Shown here piece by piece: positions 1 to 13,103 of a DNA stretch of 64,000 nt (positions within the stretch are counted from its first letter, which is position 1; each line of letters opens with the position of its first letter). This DNA comes from Macrostomum lignano. Lineage: Eukaryota. Under the pieces are notes generated by a model, which saw nothing but the letters and a program-made list of their open reading frames with translations, did not search any database and was not told the DNA's origin. The position numbers were made by a program, and so were the translations under genes. The stretch covers positions 1 to 64,000 of the forward strand of contig NIVC01002485.1 of NCBI GenBank assembly GCA_002269645.1. Direction: 5' to 3'.

Positions 1-37
1 TGCTAAGGAAATTATCGCACTAGCTACTATTGTCTGG

Positions 38-470
38 TGGATGCTTGCTATTTGGGGATGCTATCTATGTAGGGATGCTTGCTATCTGGCGGATGCTTGT
101 ATCTGGGGGATGCTTGCTATCTGGGGGATGCTTGCTATCTGGGGTTGCCTTGTAATCTGGAAGATGCCTGCTATCTGGCGGATGCTTGCTATCTGGGGAT
201 GCTTGCTATCTGGGGGATGCTTGCTATCTGGGGATGCTTGCCTATCTGGGGGATGCTTGCTATCTGGGGGTTGCTTGTAATCTGGAAGATGCTTGCTATC
301 TGGCGGATGCTTGCTATCTGGAAGATGCTTGCTATCTGGGGGATGCTTGCTATCTGGGGGATGCTTGCTATCTGGGGGATGCTTGCTATCTGGGGGATGC
401 TTGCTATCTGGGGGTTGCTTGTAATCTGGAAGATGCTTGCTATCTGGGGGATGCTTGCTGTCTTGGGATG
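38..470. repeat. Minisatellite, ~19-20 bp unit GGGGATGCTTGCTATCT(G), in an INTS7 intron
   Basis: Tandem copies visible directly; lies past the INTS7 minus-strand donor at 694. Confidence 0.95.
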
Positions 471-694
471 ATTTCTTTTTGCTTCCTTTGAGTATTTTGT
501 CGGTTTTTTTTGTGAAGGCCTTTTTTGGCTATCTTTTTGTTACTTGTAGAGAACAGAGGTTCTATACAGATGTCCCCAACGGGGGGCGAAGATTGCTAGT
601 TTGCTACCTCTAAAATTGTAAATTAAATGCGAAAGATCTCCAGCTACTAAGTTTATTATAGCAAAAATGAATTTACAACATATCGGTCAATTAC

Positions 695-2323
695 CTGCCA
701 GTTATTAAGCCCTCCAGCGAGCTCAACACGGCGGCATCCTGACTAGGCAATGGACGCCCCACCCTGCAACAGTCGGTCTTGAACAGGAGCGCGCAGGCGG
801 CCTCGATTTGCTCGGCGGAGGCGCCATCTTGGCGCTTGCTCAGCCAGCCGGCCAGCCAATCGGCACAGTCGATACCCGGCCGGCACCGGACAGTCAGGCT
901 TGCGAGGCACCGGACAGCGCGTATCCCAGATGCCGCTGAGCGTCGCCGCCGCCGCATTCAGCAAGTCGGCTAACAAATCAGGCGTAAACAACACGTCGCC
1001 TAGGTGAGGAAATCTGCCTAGCAACGAGTGCCAGGCGCCTAGCAACCGATTGAGCGCCGGCTCGACAGCGGCGGCAACCGAACGAGGCAATCGATCCGCT
1101 AGCAGAGCCGCCAGCTCTTCAGCTAAATCGGCGTCTCCGTTTGCTACTGCAATGCGGACGGCGACGTCCAGCGCTAGGGCGACACCGATGCCGACGCCAT
1201 CAGCCGAATCAGCGTAGACAATCCGGCGCAGCAGAGGCAGCAGTCCGGCCTCCAGCAGCAGGCGGTAGGCGTCTCCGTAAGCCAAAGCGCCGGCTACCTG
1301 CAGGCCGTCATCGACAACCAACGCATCCTCGGCGCCAGCTGGCGTAGCCGACGACGCAGCAGCCGTTGCCGTCGCAGCCTCAATGAAACGAACAAGCCGG
1401 CAAACCTCGGCCAGAGTCCAGTGGTGCGCCGCGGCTGGACCGGCCATGGCGAGCAGGTTGGCTAGCAGGATTCGGCGAAGGCGAGGCCGAGTCTCGCCCC
1501 CTGAGTCCCCACGGTCGTCGCCATCGTTGGCTTCACTGTTTTCAACGTCGGGCAGCTTGCCGGACAGTAGTCGGCGGCAGTGCAGCTGCAGGGTGGCTGG
1601 CAGGCTAGCAGGTGACATCAGCGACAGTCTGGTGAGCACGCGGAGCAGCACAGACTGAGCCTCAGTAGCCGGACAGTCAACCAGCTCGCCCCGAAGCCGG
1701 TCCAACAGCAGGCCAATGGCGTCCCCGCCAGCCCGGCCGAGGCTGCAGCAGGCGGCGTACAGGGCGAGTTTAGTTCGCGGGTCGACGCGCAGATCGCCAA
1801 CCGAGGCTAATAGCCGGTCAGCGGCGCCGCGGCTTAGCGCCGGCGATAGCGGCGCCAAACGATGGGTAGCCCAGACGGCGGCTTCGAGTTCAACTGGCCA
1901 GTGAGAGTCGAGCGCGGAGCAGACGGCGCTGTGCACAGAGCAGTTGTCTGCAGTGAGGCCTGGCAGGCTGGCTAACAGACGAACGGCCAGAGCTCTAGCT
2001 GACGGATCGTTTGAATGGCACACTCCTAGCACTATCTTGATGACGTAATCGCTATTGCGCACCTTGCTACTGTCCAGGTGTTGGGCGCACTGCTGGCACA
2101 CGTATAGAATAGACAGACGTTGAAAATTGCTACCATCACGGAATAGATCGACAATCTTAGAAAAGATTGCATTGATCACTACAGGGAATGGATACCTGTG
2201 CACTAGGATTGGAAATTTTAATAGAGCCTGGCTCTGCTCGGCGGGCACGTTCGATCGGAGACCGTTGTTGATCTCGTTAATCAGGTAGTTGGCGTCCTTC
2301 TCAGACTCTAGTACCAGCGCCAT
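695..2323 (-). CDS. INTS7: Integrator complex subunit 7, first coding exon (gene continues left of the window); frameshift near 920-957
   Basis: N-terminus EKDANYLINEINNGLRS..EQSQALLKFPILVHRYPFPVVINAIFSK..FRDGSNFQRL..CHSNDPSARALAVRLLASL..LDSHWPVELEAAVWA matches my recollection of the INTS7 N-terminal HEAT region. Acceptor TTTCAG at 2346 upstream of ATG 2323; donor CAG|GTAATT at 695/694, reached only in the shifted frame (ORF 691-957). Confidence 0.88.
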
Positions 2324-2387
2324 GCGGCCAGCTACTCACTGTACGCTGAAATATAGACGTTATGCACAACATACATTAACCACATAT

Positions 2388-3010
2388 AACTGAGGATCTG
2401 GAAGTTTGGCTGTAACACTGAGGATCTGGCAGTTTGGCTGTAACACTGAGGATCTGGCAGTTTGGCTGTAACAACTGAGGATCTGGCAGTTTGGCTGTAA
2501 CAACTGAGGATCTGGGAGTTTGGCTGTAACAACTGAGGATCTGGCAGTTTGGCTGTAACAACTGAGGATCTGGGAGTTTGGCTGTAACAACTGAGGATCT
2601 GGCAGTTTGGCTGTAACAACTGAGGATCTGGCAGTTTGGCTAAAACAACTGAGGATCTGGCAGTTTGGCTGTAACAACTGAGGATCTGGGAGTTTGGCTG
2701 TAACAACTGAGGATCTGGGAGTTTGGCTAAAACAACTGAGGATCTGGGAGTTTGGCTAAAACAACTGAGGATCTGGGAGTTTGGCTAAAACAACTGAGGA
2801 TCTGGGAGCTTGGCTGTAACAACTGAGGATCTGGGAGTTTGGCTGTAACAACTGATGATCTGGGAGTTTGGCTGCAACTGGGGATCTGGGAGTTTGGCTG
2901 CAACTGGGGATCTGGGAGTTTGGCTGCAACTGGGGATCTGGGAGTTTGGCTGCAACTGGGGATCTGGGAGTTTGGCTGCAACTGGGGATCTGGGAGTTTG
3001 GCTGTAACAC
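2388..3010. repeat. Minisatellite, ~30 bp unit AACTGAGGATCTGG(C/G)AGTTTGGCTGTAAC, upstream of the INTS7 5' acceptor
   Basis: About 21 tandem copies with 27-30 bp variants. Confidence 0.95.
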
Positions 3011-4502
3011 TAACATTTAAGGACATTAACACTGGTTGCTTCGTAACACTTTGGTAAAACTAGCCTAGATAATTAATTAACGCGTTAATCAGCGCCTTTA
3101 TTTTACAGTCACAAGCGATCTAGATAGGTGAACTGAAACCCAATCTTGACGCATGATAAATGCCGACAAAAAACATCAAATAGACATCTTTTCACTTTCA
3201 CTTAAGGCTACAATCACTTAATAAAGAGGATGTTTAAAAAGAGAGAAAAGCAACTGAAAGTGCAAGCGCAACAAGCACGCGGATTAGAAGTGAAACAAAA
3301 CAAAAAGCAGCTGGCTAAGCCTGCATCCGCCTACACACACGCACTCACAGGCGCAAGAACAGAACAGGTCACTGCGGTCAAAGCTCCACAACACCATCAA
3401 TTAGCATAATTAACGCCAACTGAAAAAGGAGCAGCGGAAGGTGAGAATTAGAAAAACACACGAGACGAAGAGAACGTTGCCAAACAGATTGAATATAAAG
3501 AAATCTGATACTAGGACCGCACCACCGCAAGAGAAAGAATTGGTGCCAGCAACGTAGCAACTAGTGATTCATTCAAAAAGCTGTAAAAACTGAAATCCAA
3601 CTAAAATATCCACTGCATGCTTTTCAATGAGTCCCAAAAAACGAAACAAAGTTTAAAAAACAGTGAATACAACAGTGACGATGCTATACAAATCATTATA
3701 GCTAGTTGACCAACATATCATTTAGCATAACATGTATATTAAAATCTATGCGTCCATATAGGCTCAGTATATGCTACTGTAAGTAGGCTGATAGGGTACT
3801 AAACTGGATTGAGAAATTTGCAGCATATAATGGTGCAATCATTTGAATATTATTAATATTCAGTGCCATCAGGACTCATTCTACTCATTGTAGCATATTT
3901 GAAAGAATAATTTAGTGATGAGAATCTGTCTTTCACTTCAACTGAATTCACCTCATTTTTTAATGAGTGACATCAAAATCACATTAACCAAAATGATGCT
4001 GCATAGGCCCTTCCAAGCTAGAGGGTTGGCTTCTAGTTTAGTTTGTGACAGTAGATTGAAACATCTTTCTTTTGAAACAATCATTATTGTTTTTGTAATC
4101 TTAATAGCAAATTGTATTAAAACTTTCAAACTACTTATAAAACTAAGCAAAGTAAGCAAGTAGACATCTGGCCTTTATTTTTATTTAAACTACTTAGTTA
4201 TTGCAACCATATATTTGAAAGTATTTACTATAGTTTAGTTAAATTACCTTGTTAAAATCTTTTAAAAAATTAATTTTCATTGTCTAAATTTTTATAACTT
4301 AATAAATAATTTTATTCTTAATCATATTTCTATACAACTTAATACCTATATATGCAGAACTATAGATAATTGAACCTAACAAAAATATTTACCAATATTA
4401 ACATAGTAAAAACAGTAAACATTTCTGATCAAATGGCCCAAGTTTGAAGAAAATTGAACTCTTTCTAAAACCTTTCTAAAGTCATTCTTTTTAAAACCTA
4501 TA

Positions 4503-7392
4503 TAGGCATTCCAATCCTGGGATCCGGGGATAGCAGGATTTAGCCTCAAAACACGGGATTTCAATCCCAGGATATTTTGGGACTTGAAATTTTGGATTTA
4601 TGATCCTTGGGATTACAACAGTGTGGGATTGGGATCCCAGGATTGTAAGGCTTAAATCCCGGATTGTTTTGGGATTCAAACTGATTTTAATTTTCTTGTT
4701 TCAACTAAAATAATCATGTAAAATTTGAAAAAAAGATTCAACTTTAAAAAATATGAAATAATACAACTGCAGTCTGCATGTCTGTATCGAAATCACACAT
4801 AAAAAGCAGCAAAATTTGTTAGAGCAGTTTGTCAAGCAGAAATTTATTTTTTTTTGTTTTGTAAGGCGTAATTTAATTTCACATGTTTGTGAGTTGCGTC
4901 TTGCATGATGTCTAACACTGTAATGTGGCATTAAACATGACATTCACTTTGATAATTTACATTGATATTGTATAGCTAGCTATATAACCTATATTAAAAC
5001 AAGTTATTTTTGTTGTAATCAATTATTATCAATTATCTTTTATGGATAAATATTATTTATTATTATCAAACAATCTTCTATTTCTACTTGTATAATAACT
5101 AAGCAAAGAGAAGTTTATTGCGTAAATATACTAGTTTGGACCATTAGCTATCATTATAAATATCATAATTATAAAAATATTATTATTATAAAATTGTTAC
5201 AAAATTATTTATTATTATTACTCACTGTATTTACTTATATACTTCTAGATATAGTAGGCCTAGCTTGCTTACTATACTAGCAGTAAGTAGTGTAGTATTT
5301 ATGGAGGTATGACTATGGTTGTAACTGTAACTTGTAATCATCTGAGGTCTACCTAGTACTCTAGGTTCATTACTTTGTCTTAAAAAAAAAACTTAGTCCC
5401 AAGAGGGCCAAGACACTTTTAAATTGCTTATCTTATTGATTAGAATCCTAGACCAGCTAGCACTTTTTGATTTAATATCCCTCCTGTTTATGCTTAAATG
5501 CAAATATTTCAGTGTACCATGGCATCAAATTCTGTAATAATGTTTTGTACTCCTATTTTAATTTTAACTTTAAATTAAAGTAAATTTTAAAGTGAAGTGC
5601 TAAGCTAACATAAATTATTATACTAACATAATTAAATTTAATAGCGTGTACCACAGATGGTGCTTTGGTCATGGTGAAACTGACCAGGCTACTGAAAATT
5701 GAGCACCAACAGTGCCACACCCATGGTATCCATCTTGCTGTATTGGACGTAATCTACAATCAAAAACTACCTGAGACCACTGAGCCAGATGTTGTTGAGC
5801 AGGCGTCAGTCCAACGACAAAGATGAAGAGATAGAAGAGGACAATATTGAATGGTCAGTAAATGACCATGATACCAAGGAAATCAAATTCAGCAGCGATA
5901 TTAGAGTGTCATTTAATCATCATCGAGAAGTGATTCTTATCTTTCACCATAGCCCCACGCGAAATGACACTCTCCAGAGCTTTGTGTGGGCTCAGCATGG
6001 CAAGGAACTTAAGCTTATTGTTTATGTCAAAACACATTGGAATTCGCTCCTTGACATGGTGCAGCATTTTTCTTCTGTTGGAGGCGTCCATGCACAGTGC
6101 TATGCTTCATCTTGGATTAGAGTCACCACTTAAACTAGAAGATCTGGAGCAGCTTCGAGATCTGTGCACTGCACTTCAGCCTCTAAGTCTTATTGTTACT
6201 ATGCTGTCAAGCCATAGTTATAATTTACTCAAAGCTGGAGCTGCATTCAACTTTGCTATTAAAGAGCTTCAATCTCAGAGAAGCAGACTTGCCAATGATT
6301 TACTGAATGCTTTAGAAAAGCGTTTTATTCAATGGCAGGGTGGCACCTTATTGGCTCTACAGTTTCTGAAGCGCAAAGGCTACATCGCCAATAGTAATTC
6401 CGAATTTAATGCCGCAAAATCCATGCTAATCTCCATTGCTAAGAACCTTGATCTAGTATCCACTGCCACAACCTTTGCTGCTGAAGCACAAGGAACTTCT
6501 GCCTTCAGGTAATCAAATTGTGTAAATACACAACTTTTAATATTTGATAGTTATATAATTCAATTCTATTTTTTCTTGTACAATGACAGTAATGGCTCTC
6601 AGCCTCGGGCTCTATAGGAAGTGTCCAACAACTTAACAATGGCGGAGCGACTCAATGCTGAGTTGGACAAGCTGGAGACAGACAGCGACAGCAACTGTTC
6701 TGATGCTGCAGGACAAGAATGTAAAGTGGAACGTGTAGTTGGATGCAAAATAGAATTTATTATTATGCGATCTACTGGCCAATTGGGCAAGCTGCTGATG
6801 ACGCTAAACTGTGCCCTTTTGTCCATTGCACCAACTAGTGTTGAAGCAGAAAGGGCATTTTCTGCCGCTGCCATTTTGATGACTCGATTTGTTCTCGCCT
6901 AGGTGATGAGACCTTATCAAAGCTGTGCATGCTTCTGTCTCATTTCCAAAAATCACGATAACTGAAATGATAAATTTCTGAACTGCTACAACAGAATACG
7001 AGTCATTAACAAATGATACTGAAATATACAGAAAGATACAGAATGATCTAATGATTCTTCATTCTAAGGATTCTGTAAGATATTGTAGGGTTGATAAATA
7101 AATCATGCTTGATTTACTTTAATCCTTTAATCTTTTATTAATTCACGCTTTAAAACTAATAAGTAAAATTTTAACTATTTTACTTACTTTGTGGTTGTGG
7201 TGGAAGCTGGATGCAGATGTTTCAATACATTTGATTTTGGGATCCCAGGATTTTTTTGAACTTTGAAGTGGGATCCCAGGATTATTCTCAGTTGGGATTT
7301 TCTGGGATTATTGATCCCAGGATTTTAAACTATCAAGATTTCAGGATTTCTCAATCCTGGGATTGTAAATTGTTGGGATTTTAAAATCCCTA
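4503..7392 (+). mobile_element. Degenerate hAT DNA transposon (~2.9 kb)
   Basis: 8-bp TSD AACCTATA at 4495-4502 and 7393-7400; imperfect TIRs TAGGCATTCCAATCC / TAGGGATTTTAAAATCC; many GGGAT(C/T) subterminal motifs at both ends; internal transposase remnants. Confidence 0.9.
5640..6902 (+). pseudogene. Frameshifted hAT transposase fragment
   Basis: Motifs TDGALVMVK (catalytic D), CHTHGIHLAVLDV (CxxH), KTHWNS (TRWNS-like) and SIAPTSVEAERAFS (C-terminal dimerisation domain) spread over several frames. Confidence 0.88.
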
Positions 7393-9763
7393 AACCTATA
7401 ACATACCTAAAGACATAGAGAAAACTCATTTTGAATATATAGGAATAGTTAGTTCTTCAATATTAACAACATGGTAAACAATAAAAATTAGTAGAAATAA
7501 AAATAAATCAGGCAAGAATTTGCTAATAAAATATTTTTCATTTGAGATAAAAAATTAGGATAAAACAAAAATATTTATTCAAAAATTTTAAGATATTTTA
7601 AAGATATTTAAGAACTCAATTAGTAACTATAAGACCTATTCACAAGGTACTAAATCTCTAAGATCTGAGTTAAGGCTATCTGTTTATCTATCTGGCCTTA
7701 TATATGCTAAACCCCTTTTTTAACAATTTTAGACAGCCAAAAAGTAGAATTCTAGCCCAATAAGCAATTTATTCAATAATGTAACTTAGTGCATCATGTC
7801 TGACAAAAATAAAATCACAAAATTTCATGCATGTGTAAATAAAGGTGTTTGTCCAACCTCTAGTAAAAAATAAAAGTAACATTATGTCAAAAATAAAAAA
7901 ACATTATAAAACATATCAAAAGAAGTGCCATGTCAGACTAAAAGAAGCATCAGACATCAGGCATGTCAGATATAAAGAAGAGTCATAGCAAACATAAAGA
8001 AGCAACATGCATAAAATAAAATAAGTATCTAGAGATTAGAGATTTTGCCTAAATTTTTGGCTAGAATTTTGAGTACCTAACATTTTGGACATTTTCATTG
8101 CAAATTCTCAGGTAGGCCTATAGTTTCAATTTTGGTATTATAGTTTTTGATGCATTGATACCCAAAATTTTAGGCTCTTTTTATTATAAATATTTGTTAG
8201 AACCATTTGCTATGCTAATGGCAGTCCAACTTGCTAGTCCAAGTTGGCAACCGGCAACCCCCAAATGTTGCACTTTCTATAAAAGGTTTGGGTAGGCCTA
8301 TATCCTAATTGCATTATTGGGTTAGATGAATGCTTGAATTAAATGCAATCATTGCAATCTACAGTGACTTAGTCAAAACAGGGTAAGAAAGTAACAACTT
8401 GGAAGGTGGGTCAGAGATTTATCACGTTAATAGGCCTACTAGAGTCTAGACTAGGCACTGCTAGGGCATGGACAAGATACTAGACATACCAAAGTAACAA
8501 TTAGTGAATCTATACAAATTGATAATAAGGCCATAAACTTAATATAAAAAACCAAGAGGCAAATCTAAATATGCCCCCATTCAACTCCTCCCCCTTCTTT
8601 CTATGTTTGTCACTTTAGCCAACCCCTCTTCTTTCCCCCAGTCCCTCAATGTTTGCCACTTTAAACCCCTTCTCTCTTTTGCAATGGAGTTTTATGGGTT
8701 TGCCTTGTCATCTAAACTTGTGGGCTCTACTTATCACACTTTCCTTTCATTATTTGACTCCAAACCCCCAAGTTGGCAACCCCCAAATACCAAATAGCCT
8801 AGTCTTATGCATAGCTTTATATTGATTGAAAACTATAAGCCAGAAAGCAATATAATAGGCTCATATAAAAAAGTTAATAGTTTCCTTATGAAATACCATC
8901 TGGCTTTCCTAATACCTATTAGTACCAGTTGCAAAATCCTAATTGAAATTTTGAAATAGAAACCTAATTTAGTATATTGTCATATATTGTGATTTGTGGT
9001 GCAAAATGGCATCTCAGATAGGTGCAGCAATTAGGGACTATTTTACAATTTCCCAAGACTTTCTGACTACCACTTGCAAATCATGTGGCAAGACTGTGTC
9101 TTGTGGCAAAGATAAAAACAAGCCATGAAACAGTGGCACGACAATAATCTGATGACGACGACAATGCAATTCAATGGCCTTTTCATAGTACCAATTCCAG
9201 AACCAGAATCGGTTCGGAATTCCAAGAAAAACAGCAGTATAACTATTAAACTCTGTTAATATTTGACTGCCTTAACAACCTAACTAAGCACAATTTTTCA
9301 CTTTTTTCTTGGCGATTGTCATTCAATAATAAAAACTTTATAGCACGTATCTCCCTCTAGTTATGAAGACAAAAAGTTATACTTCACAAATTGGTTCTGG
9401 TTCTGAAACCAGAACAAGCAATTATGAAAAGACCCCAAGAAGAAGAGTTTCAAAATATTTCATTTTTATTTACAATTTTAAAAGTCACTTTTAAGATATA
9501 TAAAATTTGAAAAATTGTTTTATAATCGAAAAATTGCTGGTAACAATGTTTTTGCTTTATCTAAAATGTGATACAAAAGTTTTTTGTTTTTAAAGTTTTT
9601 AAAAAATTAAAAAAGGGTTTCTTTGATATTTTATTTGACTGGCATTTTGTTCTATACTATCCGTACAAGCCTTTAAGCCTAGCCTTTTATCGCAATTTTT
9701 TCGATGTAAAAGTGGCATTTTTGGCATTTTTAGGCGTACCATGCTGCACCATCCGAACTATAG

Positions 9764-10168
9764 TATAACGGGTGATCCAAAAAAATGGACAAACTTTGTA
9801 GTGAAACTGTGCCAAGGCAATACAGTGAATCTTTACAGGCTCGCAGCAGGTGAATCCTGACACCTGTAAGATTTTTTCTGCCAACTTTGGAATGAATATT
9901 CCAAATAGTCTTTGGCTTTAAGTTGAAAGTGTCTTTGGTTGTTTCTACAATTACACATCTACTGTCTATGGCTTCAAGTTGAAAGTGACTGTTGGCTAAA
10001 TTTAGAATGGCTATTTTAGGAAACTGGATAAAGATATCCATTCCAAAGTTGGCAGAAAAAATCTTACAGGTGTCAGTATTCACTTGCTGCGAGCCTGTAA
10101 AGATTCACTGTATTGCCTTGGCATAGTTTCACTACAAAGTTTGTCCATTTTTTGGATCACCCATTATA
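9764..10168. mobile_element. Foldback MITE, probably Tc1/mariner-type (TA flanks)
   Basis: ~135-bp near-perfect inverted arms (9764-9899 / 10034-10168) beginning TATAACGGGTGATCC and ending GGATCACCCATTATA; ~135-bp spacer; no coding capacity. Confidence 0.8.
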
Positions 10169-11009
10169 GGCTGGATGCACACAAATTCGCCAACAGAAAT
10201 TTAACACCAACAAATTCGGCAAAAGCAAATTCGGCGACGCAACACATCTTTTCATAGCTAAAGACAAGTTAAAGCAAATTACATGTAGGCCTAGTAATGG
10301 CTTTCTTAAAATCTCGTGAAAATTTCTAAATATAAAATAATGGCTGCATAAGCATGTTAAAATCAAGGACTATAAATCAGTGTTTTGAATTTGACAAGAC
10401 AGAACTGCATCTGCTATTTATATCTGCATTGATTCCATAAAATAGGCGTAGTAATCCACATCCGCATCTGCATTTTAGTATGCAAAAATCTGTTCCATAT
10501 ATACATCTGTTTCCACAGTTTAGGCCTAGTTGGTACCATTATATTATCATTTGTGTTCATGTTGCACTTTTTATATTGTGTTGTGTTTTAATGTTTTTAT
10601 ATTATAATTTGTAGGGTAGGGCCTAGGCCTATATTAGACTTTTAGGCCATTTTGTGGCCTATGTTGCATGTCTAGGGCCTATAGATTTTTTCAAATTCAT
10701 TCCAATAGGACATTTAAAACAATTTGTTAGGCCTATGAATAGAATATTTAAAAGACATAAACATCATTAGGAAGGTTTTTACTCCTACTAAGACTATAGC
10801 TTTATTTAGAGTTCTATAAGTATTTTATAAAATTTTTAGTAAATCTTTTGCTTTGGTTATTAGTCATTTAGTTATGGCTAAATATGACTAATAATAATAT
10901 AATGCACACAAGAGATTTTGAAATCTTTAAGGTTTGTTTCTACTATTGAATTATTGCTAAATAAGTAAAAAGAAAGAAGATTAAATATTTTTATATGTTT
11001 TTAAGGAAA

Positions 11010-11335
11010 TGCTTATCCCCATTGTCCCATGTCAATTAATAATTCTAATTTTATTCACATGTATCCATGTTAATAATTTCTAGCTTATCCCCATAGCAGC
11101 TTATTGAAATAGCTACACCATTCAAGTCTATAGGCCATGTCAATCAATAATTCTAGTTTTTTATTCATACAGATCTATGTTCACAATTTTTAGCTTATCC
11201 CAATGGCAATTTATTGAAATAGCTACTACTAGGCCTATTCAAGTCTGTAGGCTATGTCTATAATTTCAATTTTATTCATATAGATCCACATCAATAATTT
11301 TCAGATTATCTCCATGGAAGCTTATTGGAATAGAA
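11010..11335. repeat. Degenerate ~110-bp tandem repeat, 3 copies
   Basis: CCATGTCAAT..AATTCTA.TTTTTATTCA..GCTTATCCC..TTATTGAAATAG recurs at ~11027, ~11135 and ~11252. Confidence 0.7.
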
Positions 11336-12059
11336 AACCTTTAAAAATGATTATGTTTAGGGACCCAGAGGTCTTTTTGCATCTGGTATTTATATATAGT
11401 TTATTAGCATGCTATATATAGTTTTATATTTTTAATTTTAATTAAAGATCTACTCTTGTATGTTTTGTTTTAAGTGTTTGTTACATATTGTCATACCCAT
11501 ATGACTATATAATATGTCAATATATATCTAATTATGTGTTCATTTTTTATTCTAAAAAAGTTGCTTGCAAAAACTGTCCTTTGCAAAAACTGCAAAATCT
11601 TCCAAATAAACTACTGAATACTGAATAGTTTTCGAGTACTTTGTTAAAACGTTTTTGTCATCAAAAGGGTTAGCCTAATTTTAAATATTTGTTTATCTGC
11701 CGGTTTCATTTAGAATGACTGAATGACCCTATCCTGACCCTAAGATCAAGGCAAATGAGACTTGCAAAATCCAAAATTCAATATATAATAATAATACTAA
11801 TCATAATGACAATATTGATTTTGAATTGAGAGTTAGCAAGATGTTAAAATGACATATATAAATATAGATGCAAAATTTATATTCACCTAGCCAGATATGC
11901 TAGTAGCATGCATGTATTAATTCTCTACATTTGTACACAATGGCATCCACTAAATTTCTACACTTATTCCAATAGGAGGTGCTGATATGCATTTTAGCTG
12001 CAAGAATTTGCTAAGTCTTACTTTCAAGCTAATAATCTTCACGCCATCAATTGTTGCAG

Positions 12060-12677
12060 ATGTCGGAGCTGCAACTTGTAAAAGATGTTGAGGCATTTGT
12101 AGCTTCTCTAGAGTCGTCTCTCCAGCAGCAGCCTGCGGCGCCGCCCGCGCTGCTCAGCGACAAGGTTCACGAGCGTCAGCGCAAGCGCCTGGACGAGGAG
12201 CTGGCCGTCTGCTGCAAAGTGGCCGAGCTGCTGGCTTCCACTGGCCAATCGCTGGAGGAGCAGCGCGCCGCCGAGACTGACAAGCGCTGGGCGGCTGAGG
12301 CGACATCTCGGGATCTGCGCTTGGCGGCAGAAAAACTGGAGGCCAAAGAGCTGGAGGCGCGCGCCGCGATTGAAGCGGCCCAGGCTGAGCTGGACCGGCG
12401 CCGGGCTGAGCGGCGCCACCGAGTCGACAAGCTGCAGCAAAAGGTGCTCCTGTTCGAGGCAGCAACTGGCGTGCGATTCGACGATAACAATGCGGAATCT
12501 GGTGACGAGACCGGTGGCAAGTGGCGCGGCCGCCTTCTCGGACGGACCGGCAGCGCTGGCGACGTGCCGTTCTGCTTGGACGCTAACGGAGACAGAGACG
12601 GCAGCGCCGCTAGGGAGGCACTCTGGCGCCTGATGCGACCGCGCGGTGACTGGGCCGATCTGCTGGGCGAACGTTGA
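12060..12677 (+). CDS. SPC24-like kinetochore (Ndc80 complex) protein, single exon, 205 aa
   Basis: GC-rich ORF with long coiled coil, then LFEAATGVRFD and C-terminal LWRLM...W, resembling the Spc24 RWD signature (LY..ITGIRWD ... YLWSL...W). Acceptor TTGCAG directly precedes the ATG. Coding status solid, family assignment moderate. Confidence 0.6.
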   Translation: MSELQLVKDVEAFVASLESSLQQQPAAPPALLSDKVHERQRKRLDEELAVCCKVAELLASTGQSLEEQRAAETDKRWAAEATSRDLRLAAEKLEAKELEARAAIEAAQAELDRRRAERRHRVDKLQQKVLLFEAATGVRFDDNNAESGDETGGKWRGRLLGRTGSAGDVPFCLDANGDRDGSAAREALWRLMRPRGDWADLLGER

Positions 12678-13103
12678 GAACTTTGTTGAGAAAGTACAAA
12701 CAGATTCTGCTCTTGACTAAGCTTGAAAATGACCCCAAAAGCACATCTAGGATGAGTTTGAATGTAAAAAAATCTAGTTTTTTTTATGTTCTTCTATTGT
12801 AATATGCATTTTATTTTATACTTGACTACTACAATACCGGCATTTGAATTTGAATTTGAATTGCAATTTTTCAAATACATTTATCCTATTGCGCTCTGTT
12901 TAATAAGTTCCTATGTTTAAAGCATACAGTTAAAATATTTTTGTGTTGCGGCTTTGAACTTATCTCTGCAGGTTTGTTCCAGTGTGTTATATATCAATAG
13001 ATATCCAGTTTGAGCTCCAATATATTGGCTGGCATTCATGAGTCAACTAAATCTCATTGGTTTGCTATCTGTCCAATAGCTATACATATAGTCAGCAGTC
13101 AGC

